A stretch of 64,000 bases of DNA from Kudoa neothunni (lineage: Eukaryota > Animalia > Cnidaria): assembly GCA_964304625.1 (NCBI GenBank), contig OZ199838.1, positions 4,042,705-4,106,704 on the forward strand. The letters are read 5' to 3'. The translations under genes and the position numbers were made by a program. Each line of letters begins with the position of its first letter. The first letter of the stretch is position 1. Positions 40,099-53,752 of the stretch are shown here, one piece after another. The notes below the pieces were generated by a model. The model was not told the origin of the DNA. It ran no database searches and saw only the letters and a program-made list of their open reading frames with translations.

Positions 40099-42234
40099 CA
40101 GTGGATGACGGGTCATTCGTAATCCCTTTGGGACTAAGAAGTTACTAACTACACGTATTGTACGCGCAAATTGTAATTTCTGGAATCGCGCGCGCAAATA
40201 GAGAGGAAACAGTGCCGTCAACCAATTACAGTGGATGATGGGTATTACGTAATCCCTAAGGGACCGGGGGAAAAGTGCCAAATAGACCGGAATGTTGGCA
40301 ATTTGGCGCCTAACGACTCGCTCACGTTCATTATAAAAACAAGTGGTTATTAATAATTCAAAATCTACTTAGAACTACTAAAATAATCTAATATTTTTGT
40401 TTGAATCGTACTTTTTTCCGATGTCTTATAAAGTCCCATTTCAAGTCAATAAAGAGAATCCCAAACATCAGAACCGCATTGTTTAAAATAGCATTTGAGG
40501 TATTCAAAACATTTTGACGCCTCTGTTGAATCTTATAGTATATTTTCAATTTCGTCTTCTTCATTTTCAGAAGATGACTCTGAAAGCATCTCCGAATTTT
40601 CTTATTTGTCATACTGGCACACTCTGACAAAAGATTTCTCCATTATGGATTCTAGCAGATCAATGCGATCTTCTTCATCAAATGACTGTTTTGAAATTAA
40701 CTCATTCCAAGTCTGGTCAATGTTGATTAATTCTTTGGATGGATCAGGGGGAATTTCAGTACTATTATCCTCGAAAATAAAGCCAGCCTTTCTAAAACAA
40801 TTTGATATTGTCTGCGGCCTGACATTTTCCCAAGATTTCTTTATCAATTCCAAGGCATTAAAAATATCATTCGTCAAAAATATCTAAGCTATTTTTAACG
40901 TGGAAGGTACATTCTTCAATCAAATTTTTCTTATAACTCGATTTGAACAAATTGATTACGCCATGATCCATCATCCATCGGTTGGAGTGCAGAGGTTGTG
41001 TTTTTGGGGAAAAACTTCAACGTAATGTTGGAAAGACTCAATGGAGGGTGACAGCTTGCATTGTTCACGAAAAATAAAATTTTCTAATTTTTGTTTTTGA
41101 ACGTTTGATTTTGTTGGATTAAATATTTAGAAAATATTTCTGTTGTCATCCAGGCATTTTTATTTTAGTAATAAGGAATCGGTTTTCGTTTTAAATTTTT
41201 AAAACATCTTCGTTGATTATGATGACCCACAACTATTGGCTCGAGCTTTTCGCCTGTTAAGGAGGCCCCAAGTAATAGCGTTATTCGTTTTTTGGACCGC
41301 TTAGCGCATTTGAGATTTGACTCGTTAGACGAAATATGACTTCTTCCTAAATAGAATCTATAAAATATCATTCCTTCTAGAAATCTAAAAAAATCGACTT
41401 ATCACGCAATTAAACTTTAAAAGTTGAAATATTAACATTAAAAATGAGTTAATAATGAATGATAAACATTCATCTCAATATTAGTTAACTTAGTATAAAC
41501 TAAACGGTATCAATATATAGAAACGAAAAATTTTAAGCTTTTACTTGGATGTCGTTGGTAGAATAAAGCAGTTTCATCCAAATTAAAGATTTTATATTAT
41601 TTTGTAGTTCTTCATTATAGATTCTAATTGAGATTTCCAGTCAGACACAACATCATCGCTCACGGTACTAGACTAGGATCTCCATGCAAGTTAAATCATC
41701 TGAGATTAAATCTATGTTTAAATCCGCAAAACCATCCATAACTGACACATTTCGAATCTTTACAGAATTCTTTGCCGATTTCATCATTATCTCCCTTTTT
41801 AGAGTTTTTCTATTTTTTTAACCAAACTATTCTCATAAAAATTGATAATTTGTGATTTTTTTGCTCAAATTCCATTTAGGGTAAATATTGAAGCAAGTTT
41901 AAAATGCTTCGCATTTTGACTTTTAGCATTTCTAGGTGGTTGTTTTTAAAAAAATCTGACGATATCATGTTTCTTCTTAATAGAATACCACTTTTTACAC
42001 TTTTTATCAGCCATGTTTTACAAAACTGAAGTGTTGCACACGATTTAATATCTAACCCGGCCGAAAAAGGTGCCAAATACCCATAAACGCTAGAAAACAT
42101 ATATATTTTGAAATTTTTTAACTTGAATAATATAAGTTTTAAAATGTATTTACAACCTTTTTTAAAGTTATTATCTTCTACGTTATTTTATTTCGTTAGA
42201 TATTCTAAAAGTGCCAAATACCCCTCACCCACAG
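40099..42234 (-). mobile_element. Tigger/pogo element 2 (decayed), with one terminus duplicated (40099 and 40229)
   Basis: TA-cagtggatga(c/t)gggt.. / ..aatacccctcacccacag-TA. Fragments KRSKKRITLLLGASLTGEKLEP and SWENVRPQTISNCFRKAGF. Confidence 0.85.
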
Positions 42235-42349
42235 TATAATAATCACTTATTTTTTGGAACAATATTCAGCTATAATAGTATTTTTAAACTTTCTCACAAT
42301 TACACTATGTATTTTTCTTTCCATTTCCAAAATATATTTATTACTACTC

Positions 42350-43824
42350 AACTACTATATTTTAAATAATGTCTTAAATCAGATAAATGAAAGAGAGAGT
42401 AATTTTGGATGAAATAGTTTTTCTTTCTTTGTCGTCCTATTTATTAAAATTTTCGTCTTCATTATAATTACCATCAGTAATAAAATCATTAATATTGACG
42501 TTATTTTAAATGTTGTTTTCGCTACCTCCAATATCCACAATATTTAAGACTTCCTCGTCATTAATCATGTCATTTACTTCTTTAGAAAAATTTGAACTCA
42601 AAATTTTTTTATCATCCATTTCAGTGTCTTTAGAGGAATTCGGGACATAGTTTGATTTTCTAAAACCAGCTTTATTGAAACAATTAATAATTGTCGTTCT
42701 AGTCACGGCTTCCGAAGCAGTTTTTACCAAAAAAAGAACATCCAAGATATTGGGTGATGAGGATTCTAGCTACGATTCAACTGAAGCTATATATTGTTGA
42801 ATCATAAATGTTTTGTAATGTCGTTTGAATGAGTATATTATACCCTGATCCATAGGCTGAAGGAGATTAGTGATGTTTTGGGGTAAAAATACAAGTTTGA
42901 TATTTGAATATTCTTGATTGGCATGACAGCTTGCATTATCTAATAGCAATAAGCAATAACATGTTTTTATTTTTTCTTTTAAAATGTTCATTTAAACCGA
43001 CCATATAACTTTTATATATTGAACTGTTCATCCAAGTTTGTCGATTATTTTTATAAGTTAATCATAATGTATTGACTCCTTTGAAGCATCTTGATCTTTC
43101 AGATTTCCCAATAATAAGCAGGGGTAGTTTTTCATTTGCTATTTAAGAGCCCAGAGGTATTGTTACACGTTTTTTCGACCGCTTTAATTCCTTGAGGTTG
43201 AATTCGTTTGATGTGACATAGCTTTTACCTAATATATAACAATAAATATACCTAACAACGTTGCATATACCTCGAAGTTGTTGGTATAATAAGGATGTAT
43301 TCATCAATACTGTATACATCCTCTGGATTAACGTTTTCTAGAATATTTTTAAGGTGTGGGAACGAACTTTCAATTACAATATTACTTACACTACCAGCTT
43401 CTCCATAAAATTTAATATTTTTTAAATTAAACCGCTGCTGGAAACTACGAAACTAGCCATACGTTGCGATAAGATTAAGTTTTGCTTCTGAACAAATTTT
43501 ATTTTTCTCATTGATAATTTCGACCCATGATATCTCAATGTTTTTCGAGCGCACCCAAATTATCCAATCGTAAGCTCTTCGATCAATATCTGGATTTTGT
43601 TCTTTTTCTAAGGTTTTTCTTGTTTTTGAAGCCAAGCCATCTTCAAATGTTCTGATTATGTCTTCTTTTTTGTTTAAGATACCACCGAGAGTAGATATTG
43701 AGCATATATTAAATTGTTTAATGGCTGTTGTTTTCGCTCCACACCTTGGCTGGACTTCAAAAAACTTTATTATATCATACTTCTCCTTTAAAGTCCCAAA
43801 TCGATTCTTATTGCTGCTTTCCAT
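42350..43824 (-). pseudogene. Tigger/pogo transposase 3 (decayed); 3' boundary approximate
   Basis: MESSNKNRFGTLKEKYDII HTH, LLLLDNASCH, LPQNITNLLQPMDQGIIYSFK, IINCFNKAGF. TIRs not identified. Confidence 0.88.
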
Positions 43825-44476
43825 TTTGCCACCAATCAAAAACAAGAATCTCAATACACCCCAAAAGTTACGAACCGCAGGTCACCCCAAATTATCCCAT
43901 AAAAACAAGATTAATTAACTTAAAAATATTTGATTTATATTCTTAATGATAAAATAAATGTTTTTAATTAGTTTGAGCAATAAATAACCTATTATCTATT
44001 TATGCGTAAGTTAATTTGTTACATTTTCTCAAATTACGAACTACACGTCACCCACTATATTTTCATGGTAAATAATATTCAAGTGTCATTAGTTTTGACT
44101 ATTTTTAATTATTTCTATTCTCTGAGAGCGAAAGATTGGGAAGAACTAACTTTATTTAGAAAAATACTAAAAATAAATTCGGTATACAGCTTGTGAGTAG
44201 GAGTTGATGGGATTAAAAATTGTCATTATGCAAGCGTACGTGCTTTTTAGGACCATAATTTATCCCTCAAATAAACTCTGCTATAGCTAAAACAGTACAA
44301 AACCTTAAGGCAAATATGGATTTGGCATCCAAGCCGAGGGGATAAATTTTAAAAAATGGTTGAGAACCCCCGCATTAAAGGATTAAAATCCGACTATTAA
44401 CATGAACTGTCATAAAAAATAAAAACCAATTATCATCCACCTTCAGTTAAAAATCATTACCCCCACTCAAGTAATA

Positions 44477-44681
44477 CAGTCGAGATAGGATATTGCGTGA
44501 GGTTTTGGAACCAACAAAAAACCAAGCAATCTATAAATCTCACGCAATAACGAGGCATTATGTATAAATAATAAAACTTATTTATTTTTAATGATAAAAT
44601 AATAGCAATACGACAAAACTAGATTTCTTTAAAAAGAATAATGTTGAAATTTTGGAGTTGTTCTATATCCAATCTTGACTG
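44477..44681. mobile_element. Tigger/pogo-type MITE (205 bp)
   Basis: TA-cagtcgagataggatat ... atatccaatcttgactg-TA. Confidence 0.7.
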
Positions 44682-45321
44682 TAAATGTTACCATGGAATC
44701 AGCTATCAGATATTCGCCTGAATGCTTTTCTTATGATAGGAATTACTTTTTGTACCGACCGAGGTGAGATAAAAATTTAACGGACAAAAATCAATTTCAC
44801 ATCGAAACAAAATTTCACAATTTTTTATATTTATGTAATTTTTGGAACTTTCTCGGAAACAAAATTTAACCCGGAACTCAAAGCGTGGGAAAATCAAAAA
44901 TGCGGTGGTCCGCTAGTCTAAATTTTTGTGACCCTTGTATATTTAAACACGCGCAGACGCAAAACTATCATCGCATCACTAACGTTAACATCTACTTCAA
45001 TGTGGTGGATATGGAGATTGCGCCAGCCGTTTTTCTTAACCGAATCGATGTAGTTCCTCTCTATTTAGATAAGAATAATTTTGTTTTTCCGAAGTGTACT
45101 ATTAACTGCAGCCGGAGTGGTGACTTATTACACAGTGGATGGAGCGTACAAACGTTTGACAATATTTTGGAAGAAACACGAATATCGACCCAATAAAAAT
45201 GATATATAACCAAATTTTATATTTTATTTATGTTACATATATTTTTTACGAGTTATAAATGTAAGAGAGTTGTTTTTTGAAATATGTCCGCTAACTTTTT
45301 GCTAATGCGCGCTCAGCTAAC

Positions 45322-48300
45322 ATGTCGGTAATACTGGACCAGATACTTGACCCACATGGGATCGATCATTGTGTGTCATGCCAACTGACAACCACCAGTG
45401 ACGAACGGCACTTGGTTGTTGCTTGTGGAGGTTTGTTAAAGGTGTATGGCGTGAAATCAAATAATGAAACCAATTGTAAAATCACCGTCGTGAGTATGGA
45501 TGTGATAATTATAAAATGTATAGCTTATTGTCTTGAATTATTGGATACAATGGAGGTATATTCCACAATATGTGGTTTGGATAAGATTCGAGCTTTCGAT
45601 GTTTCATCACCCAGCACAGACATTATTATTTTAACATTGAAGGAGGCCAAAGTGAAAGAATTTCTATGTTTTAGATGTTGTCTACTTTCTACAAAAATTT
45701 AGATTTATCTCCTAAAACTGCATCCAAGTTATGCCACCGACTCTATAGGGCGTCTAGTGATCATAGATTCGCTATATTTAGAGAAAGATGCTCTCAAAGT
45801 CATCGATAATGTTTCAAATAATAAAAATATCTATATCAAATTAAATAGGCTCACTATGGAGATGTGTATTATAGACCGTTGTTGGCGGTCGATGTGGAAC
45901 AGAAGTGTTTTCTAGTGAGTTTTTATGAGAGTAATTTGTGCGTGGTGGCGCCCTCATCACAATCCCCTTCTTTATTTGAAACCGAAAGTGAAGACCATGT
46001 TAATAATTCAATAGCATCGTATGGCGATAGTGGTTTCAGTTGGAATAGTTGTTTGAGTTGATTTATAGAGGTTTCACTGGTGTGGACAAATTTGTGATAC
46101 GATTAGCCGACAAAAGATTCAGTGTGAGATTTATTAAAGATATGGTGTTTTTGGATGGTGGTCTCAATCCAACTGTGGCTATCCTGTACGAGTATATTGG
46201 TACGAATGTCGCGTAATTTTTTCACACCCAATTTTTGATGATCTATCAATTGAAATGGTGTAGACGTGTGCCTGTTTGTGTTGACACGTGTCAAGTGGCA
46301 ATTTTATCGATTGATCTTCAAAGTCATGATGCATATGTGTTGTGGACATTCAGCAATCTACCGTATGATTCGTTCAAGATAGTTGCTCACAAAAAAAGTC
46401 TTCCCTCCTTCAATAATTGCCGTATTTGTGATGGTTGGGATTTTAGATGAGTTGGTTGTGTTTGCTGTGAATTCGCTTGTCTATCTAAACTACGACAAAC
46501 CTCCCTATGTACTTGGTCTCAACGATCTTTCAGTCCGCACCACCAATCTTCCAATGAATACCTATAGCAACGATATATTTGACTTGGAAGACGCGATTGT
46601 TGCTCGTGTTGACGACGCCAACAAAATTCTATTCTCCACATCAGACAATCGAATCTACTTGATGGATTTTATTTTGGATGAATTTCGCAATTTTTCCAAA
46701 TTCCACATTCATCCAATGAACTTATGCATGCCGGTGTCTTGCGTATTTTATTTTGTATCGAACGACAAATGTCGTTATTGTTGAGGGGAGCTATTGGCAT
46801 GGTAAAATTCCCCCGAGTATAAGTGTGTAAGTACAACGGTCGTTGTCAAGTGGGTTTGCTTTCTTTAAATTCGATATACGATATGCGGATTCTTTTGAAA
46901 GTTCGTTAAATATATTAAAATTGATCATTTAATAAAATATTCTTAAATATAAGTGTTCGTTATTTATATTTTGAGTGAAAATTCGATGTAACAAATTTAT
47001 AACCTAACAAGTTGTTATATTGAATGGTGTGTAAGTTTCTATTATAATTTCAAGTATTTTATATCTGTAAATAGAATTATGAAATATGATAATAAAATTT
47101 GGTTTGTCCAATGTTCAGTTAACGTTTAAATGAATATGAGCAAAAATTTTCTCCCTGGCATTCTATTTTGAATATTGCTTTAAAATAGTTTTTAAATGTT
47201 TTGGTGATTTTTATCTATTTAATAACAAATTAAAAATAATCTAGGTGAATTAAATAACTAGTGCACTCGTTCAAAAATTGGAAATAGTGCAATTTTAAAC
47301 AATGTAATGTATTTTTTTGGCATAATCGTAATGTAATCCATAAAAAAAATTTTATTGGGATATATTTTGTCCTAGTTTAAGAATATTTATATATATTTTT
47401 TAAAGTTGGGGAATTAATTTGAAAAATTTATACAACAAATATTGTTGGGTATTATTTAATAAATATTTATTTATAAATTATAATAATGTAATGTCTAATT
47501 CGAGAAAAACGATGTATTAAACTCAATCTGTTATAAAAAAGATTAAACGTTTCAGATTTTAATATTTTTGGGTATGGAATAATTTTTGATATGAGAAGTT
47601 GATAGAGTATTTCAACATCAAATTGTAAGTGAGGCGGACCAACTTGAAATCGACACATAAGTAGAATAAAATATCTCTCATCCAACTTGATTGAGATTAA
47701 AAATTTCAACTATTTTGATGATGATCTATCAAAAAAACTTTTCTTTGATTTAAACAATACCACCAAAGCAGCCAATATATAATTTCGTCATGGTAGAGTA
47801 TATGATCACAAAACCTTATATGTAATACAATTAGTTAAACACTAGTATCTAGAACATTTGTATCATCCTTTTAATAAATTATTTAATTTACAACCATGTA
47901 GAGAACAAAGTCAAAAGGATAATTTTGTCGTTTGGTTTCGCATTAGTAAATCTTAAAATGGCGCCCAAATCACTGGAATTGTCCCAACAACATAAAATAC
48001 GCTGATTGGATGTGTTTTAGATACCATAAAATCTCTAATTTGGTGGAAATTTGTGGCCTAAGTCTGCGCATGCGCCACATGCAATTGGATATTTGTATAC
48101 TGTATTAAAATTAGCGCACATACACAAAAAAATTGATCGATGTAAGCATATTGGTTACATTAAGTCATTGTTTACAAATCAGATACAAAATAAATTTACA
48201 ATGAATTTTAAAGACAACGTAAAATTTTTACGTGGTTGTGATACATGCGAATAATGTTTTTGTATAGTTTTCATTTTCCCCTGTAATTTTATAATTTGAT

Positions 48301-51300
48301 AATAGTGGCTGATAAAAATTTTCTTGAGCCTTTTTAATTTTTAAATCGTTATGGCCAATCATTTGTACGTAATATATTATCTTCAGGCCGTAAACAAAAA
48401 ATTTTTTGTATTAAAGGATTAATATAGTGTTTTTCCAGCGGGAGGAGGGAGGAGTGGGAGTGTAGAAAAATCTTGGAACATTTAGTTAAGGTCTCTAGCA
48501 GGACGCAGAAAATCCTAAGCATTTATGTGGCATGGATATTGGTGAGATAATTAGACAGTGTGAGCACATTAAAATCAATGCCTCTATTTTTAATTTCGTT
48601 TATTTTTGAGCCTTCATTAATATTATAGAAAAATACCAAAATCAATGATTAATCCATTCTATAAATCTATAATAACGTTCAATTTGGTCTTCATCAAGTA
48701 GAATCGGAATTGTTTAAATCCCAATTTGTCACATTTATAATCGTGATCTCCCCTGTTTTTGATTTAAACTAATATAATATTGATTAATTTTCTATCCAGA
48801 TTATTAATTTTTGGTTTATAATACTCGTAAAAAGGAATGTCTTGCCTAATGGGAGCTAGGTTACAGCTGGTTTTACTAAACACTGTTTTCGGCGAGATGA
48901 AGAACGAAAGATGTTTATTTTTAAGGTCCATCGATAATTTAAGTTAGATCTGATATAATACATCTTACTATTGATGAGAAAAGAAGTATGTATTACTCAA
49001 TTTCAAGTTTAAATATGATATGAAACTTGAATCGAAATTATAAACAGTTCAAGGTATAAAAATCAATAATTTTGAAAAATATGAGGCATCGAACTTCTTA
49101 AAAAAGTGTGATGTAATAGAAAAAAAGGTTGGAAAACACTGAGTTAACCCATTAACCAATGTGGACAGGTCGTTTTCGACCCGGTCCACATTGCTTAATA
49201 TTTTTCGCCTGTAATTTTTTAAAAATGTTAATAAAAAATATATAATTTAATGCCATCTTTGTAATATAAATATTGTATAGCTATTGGATGGTTTTATTGC
49301 GTATATACCAAACAATTTGTGCACAAAAGTTTATTCTAGTTTAGAAGTGAGAGAATATTTCTGCTCTTTAAAAAATTTCTATGTCGGCTTAATATATGTT
49401 TAAGTAGCATTATTTTTGGAAATATTATAGAAATTAAGGATTTGCAATTTTGTAGAATCATTAATTTTGTTTTTATACGAAATCACCTTTGAGGTAATGG
49501 ACAATATGAGATTTTCTACTTCGTATAAAAATAGTATCAAAATAAAAAATATACTCTTTTTAATCATATATTCGGAAAATATATTAATGCGCTATTTGAA
49601 ACAAGTTAAAAATCCGTCAGTTGTTTTTAAACCCCGCTAACTGCAATATTATAAGTAGGGACCGCAATTTCGATTAAAGTCGATTTAACTTGTGGAATTT
49701 TTAAAAAATTAACGACGATCTCTAGTTGTAAGTTATAAGTTATGATTCTGATATACAGACGTTTTTGATTTGAAATGAACATAAATGATCCGATAATGTG
49801 ATTCAAAATATGTTAACTTAACAAATTTGTAAATCATTATATATATATATATATATATATATGTCCGAGATTAATGTCATTCTGCTTTTTTACCATGCCA
49901 ATTACCATCTACTTGATTTTTAATAAATTACTTCCATAGATCGCTATATTTAATGAAACTGATAATTTAATATTTTTCGGATCGAGGGTGGGAGATTCTT
50001 TTCTGCTTAAAGTAATCGGATTTCTTCTGTCGCGTTATCATTTAGCGTTGTTGATTATAGTGTAACCTAACTTGCGAACTGCTTCCTCAAGTTCCATATC
50101 ACATCTATGAGAAACAGCCGGGTGAAACCATCAATGAAATGGTTTTTCTAGCAGATCAAATCATTAATATGGGTTCACCCACGCATTCCTTTTTATCCAA
50201 AGATGTAATTTTATTCCTGTATTCGACGAAATAACATTCTTGTCTAAGGCCTCCAGTGATGCGTGTATTGTTTACTCGTCAATTATTTCTGATAGTTTCT
50301 CTATGGTTTCACTTTTTAAAGTATTAGTGTTTGCCAATTTTTGTTTGATTTGTGGTAGCGATTCTGTGAAGTTCACAATGTTAATAAATGCTGTATGGAT
50401 TTGGATTTGAAAAGGTTGTGGCATATGGGCGAAGTAATAATTTGTTGTTTTTTCCACAAAATCCCTATTGCAGTCTATTTTAATACTATTTCTATTAACT
50501 ATGTTCAGTTAGGATACATATTTTCGGATGACAACTCCACATTTAATGGATTTGTCGATCACGATCTAAATATTTCCAAGTTTGAATACTCGTCAGTTCC
50601 ACTATTATCACATGAACCTACGATATATTGTGGTCACTTTGAAAATGATACTTTTTTGCAAGTAATTTTTTATGTATTTTTACTTACATCCAACCGCTTG
50701 TTAGGTCACGTCAACCAACATACGTGTGCTAATTAAGCAATGTATTCTTGCTCATTTTAAATATAAATTTAATTGCAAGTCTAATTATAGATCCTACTCA
50801 CCGTTATTTTGATTTTATTACCAATTCATCCCATAATATCAAGCATTTTTATCATCATTCATTGTATATCACTTTCACGGATGAAACCGATCAGATTTAT
50901 GTGGGGAAAGGAGTATTCAGAGAGCTTACATTCGAACATTTGCATTTCTATCCTTTTTATCTTACCTCAGTATTTTTCACATCTATAAGATTGTTTTTTA
51001 TGCGTCATTATGTAATGTTGTAATTTTCAACCATTTAGAATGATAGTAATAATGTTGATGTTTGGAAAACATTCATTCTACCTTCTACCTCTATGTAATT
51101 TATTGTGTATGTGTAGCGATTGTTTCTGTAGATCTTATTTTAGCCCTGACTATCAAGAAGAGAGTGTGTTGTTGTTGGTAGTCTATAAAAGTGGTAATGT
51201 TGTGTTGTATCAACTTCTACTTCCTGCTGTGACTGTGGTGAATAAATGGGAATTTGTTTCGCTACGCTTCAGTTTGGATTGTTTGTCACCAATAGAGTTT

Positions 51301-53752
51301 TATAATCTCAACACTGACAATTTGAAAATAATGTTAAATGAGTTTCCTATCAATAGCCTTGTTACCTTAAATGACGTTAATGTCACCATAGAAATAGAAC
51401 ACAATACACCACCTGTAGTTGTTTTGTATTGTATGTTGGACGAGGGTAATCGTTTGGTGGTTTACAAGTTACACCACTCAGTTGCTAATGGACCCATTTT
51501 TCGTAAAGTAGGGTGGTTTTGTCGAAACAGCTTATTTCATAGTGTTATCTTAGCTAAAACATTCGATCACTGCATTTCCAACATCAGGTAGCAATCTGCT
51601 GCTGGTTAGAAATAATATTGTGGTTGTTAATGGACGGGCGGTTTTACGCTATAATAAACAAGGTTTTATCAACCATTTCTACCTCAGAAACGAATGTTAT
51701 TCTATTGTGGATTTTCTGGTGGACAACAGCGGTATGGTGATGCTGATCGAAAATAGCGCTGTAATTGTGTTCTGTAATAGCAATCAAATATATATCTTGT
51801 ACAGGTGAATGAGCGTGTAGTTGGGCGTGTCAAAATTAATTCTGCTAACAATTACAACCTTACCTATGAACGACATTTTTTTAATTTCAAAATAACCAAC
51901 CTTTTCTACAGTCAAACTTATAACGTAGTTTTTATGCTGTGAAATAAGTCATTTGTAACTTTTGTGTTTTCCAAAAAAACCCAAGGTTTACTTTTTGGCT
52001 TTCCAATCCAAAAACGGCGATCATCAAGATACTCATCCTTCCATTAACCAAAATCACTATGATGGTAATAGAACTGTTTTAATAGCATCACGTTTCATAT
52101 TTTAAATTTATGGGACTATTTTTAGAAGAGTCGTTTCTGCTAGAGCAGAACCAACTAATTGACAACGTGGGCTGTTTCAATAACAACTTCCAACTTTACC
52201 ACCTACACAAATGTGCACTTTCGGAAACTGTCACAGCGATCAAACAATTGAATTTGTCTATTAAGCATGAAATGATTATGTGCTTGGTGGTTGGCATTTC
52301 GTATATCGAGCGTGGTGATAAACTGGCAAACCTTGAAAATGATATAAATAAGGTTGCTTGAAAATATAGTCGATCTACAACAATCTAGATCCTAACTCTG
52401 GTTTTCTTGTAGGTGGTGATTTTTGGCGTTGAAAATAATGAAAATGATTGTTTGCGATTAAATGTAATTTTACTGTACAATATTTATTTTTAAAAAATAC
52501 GATATTTTTAATTGAAGCAACTCTACGTGATCAACCTTCCAGAAGGTGTATCCAATGTCGATTCTAATGTGAATGGTTGTTTGCTTGTTGCCACTAGTGG
52601 GAAAGTACTTTATATATTCGATTCTCATTAGCACTTGAATTAATTCTAGGTTTGGATTTACAACTATAGCAACGATGAAGATTATTTTGTTGTTAATTCC
52701 AAAGTGGACGGCCTCATGTATCCAACCGTTATGAAGTCAGTTAGAAATATCACTTTTGTGGGTGATATTTCTAATGGAGTGAAATTATTGCACTACCAGG
52801 TAGTTTAAAAGTGTGATAAAAATTTCACTTAATCTAATTCTGGAATTCTGACTAGGAAAAATACAACTATATGAGTATTGTGAGTCAAGTATATTTAAAT
52901 TTTTTTGGTTATGATAATCCTTGTGTTTACTGTGAATTTAATTTAATCAATGCCCAACCTAGGATACTCTTCATTCACTTGAAGTTTACAATGGTGATTT
53001 TGTAATCAATAAAAATTCAATGGAGTTGATCGGTATTTTTTGTAATGGGTTAAAAATATGACCCTTTTTAGCCATTGATAAATATGGAAACCTAATAAAC
53101 TATACGTATTCGCCTGAATGTATCTTGACCATAAAAAGCAGATGTATGTTTATTCGGTTGTTGTTAGTGCTGCGTAGTTTGAATGGATTTCGTCTGGTGA
53201 CCAAATCTGGTTTTTGTTCCTATAAAACTTGCACATCGATATTCCGCGTTCCCGCCGATTCTCCCTCTAATTCTCAAACACAAATTACAGTGATAGGTAA
53301 CTGTGGGCGCAATACAACTTGTGTTCGAGTCTTATGTGGTGGCACCTTATAGTGAATGATGACGGGAGTATTTTTATCATGTCTATATTGGATGAGCGTC
53401 TTGTGAGAAGACTTATGATGTATCAACAGAAAATTGCCGCTACCATGTATCCTTATGGTACTCTTAACTATCAAAATCAAAGGTATGAGTGTGATGGCCA
53501 ACAATGGTTTCTATTTACATTCTATAACATTTTGTGTGTAGTCTTCTACAATATATAAATGAAAAAGATCCTTTCGGCTACAAACCCATAGTCGACGGAC
53601 GAATTTTCCAATTGTACAGCAACTTGAGCAGTATTCAGCAGATTAAAATTTCTCAGCAGTTGAAAACCACAACCAATTCTGTAATTCTATTATCGCTTAA
53701 TCACGCTGATATTATTAAATACCATCTTACCTTCAATTTTATCTTAATTTAA
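45322..53752 (+). CDS. CPSF1: CPSF1/CPSF160 (cleavage and polyadenylation specificity factor subunit 1), many short introns plus one 3.2-kb intron; 3' end approximate
   Basis: DIIILTLKEAK, PLLAVD, VDTCQVAILSID..LWTFSNLPYD, LVVFAVNSLVYLNYDKPPY, IFFGSRVGDSFLLK, DQIINMG, EPTIYCGHFE, RRLMMYQQ, KPIVDG are CPSF1 beta-propeller and C-terminal motifs in the correct order. Confidence 0.92.
48425..49141. mobile_element. hAT MITE family A, divergent copy 3 (inside CPSF1 intron)
   Basis: tagtgtttttccagc ... aggttggaaaacactg; 48730-49100 resembles 1860-2230. Confidence 0.7.
49838..49862. repeat. (TA)n microsatellite
   Basis: About 12 TA units are directly visible. Confidence 0.9.

Larger units (their letters stand above)
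37598..44382. mobile_element. TIR-bounded host element carrying three nested Tigger/pogo copies
   Basis: TTAA-ccctctaatggtggggttctcaacc ... ggttgagaacccccgcattaaagga-TTAA, a 21/25 inverted match. Confidence 0.65.
46785..49910. mobile_element. TIR element (MULE-like ends) filling a CPSF1 intron; boundaries approximate
   Basis: Perfect 15-bp inverted core attggcatggtaaaa (46793-46807) / ttttaccatgccaat (49888-49902). TSD is not clearly resolved. Confidence 0.6.

Noticed and set aside
44885-45196. 103-aa ORF upstream of CPSF1
   Set aside because: Non-ATG start and no recognisable homology or splice structure.
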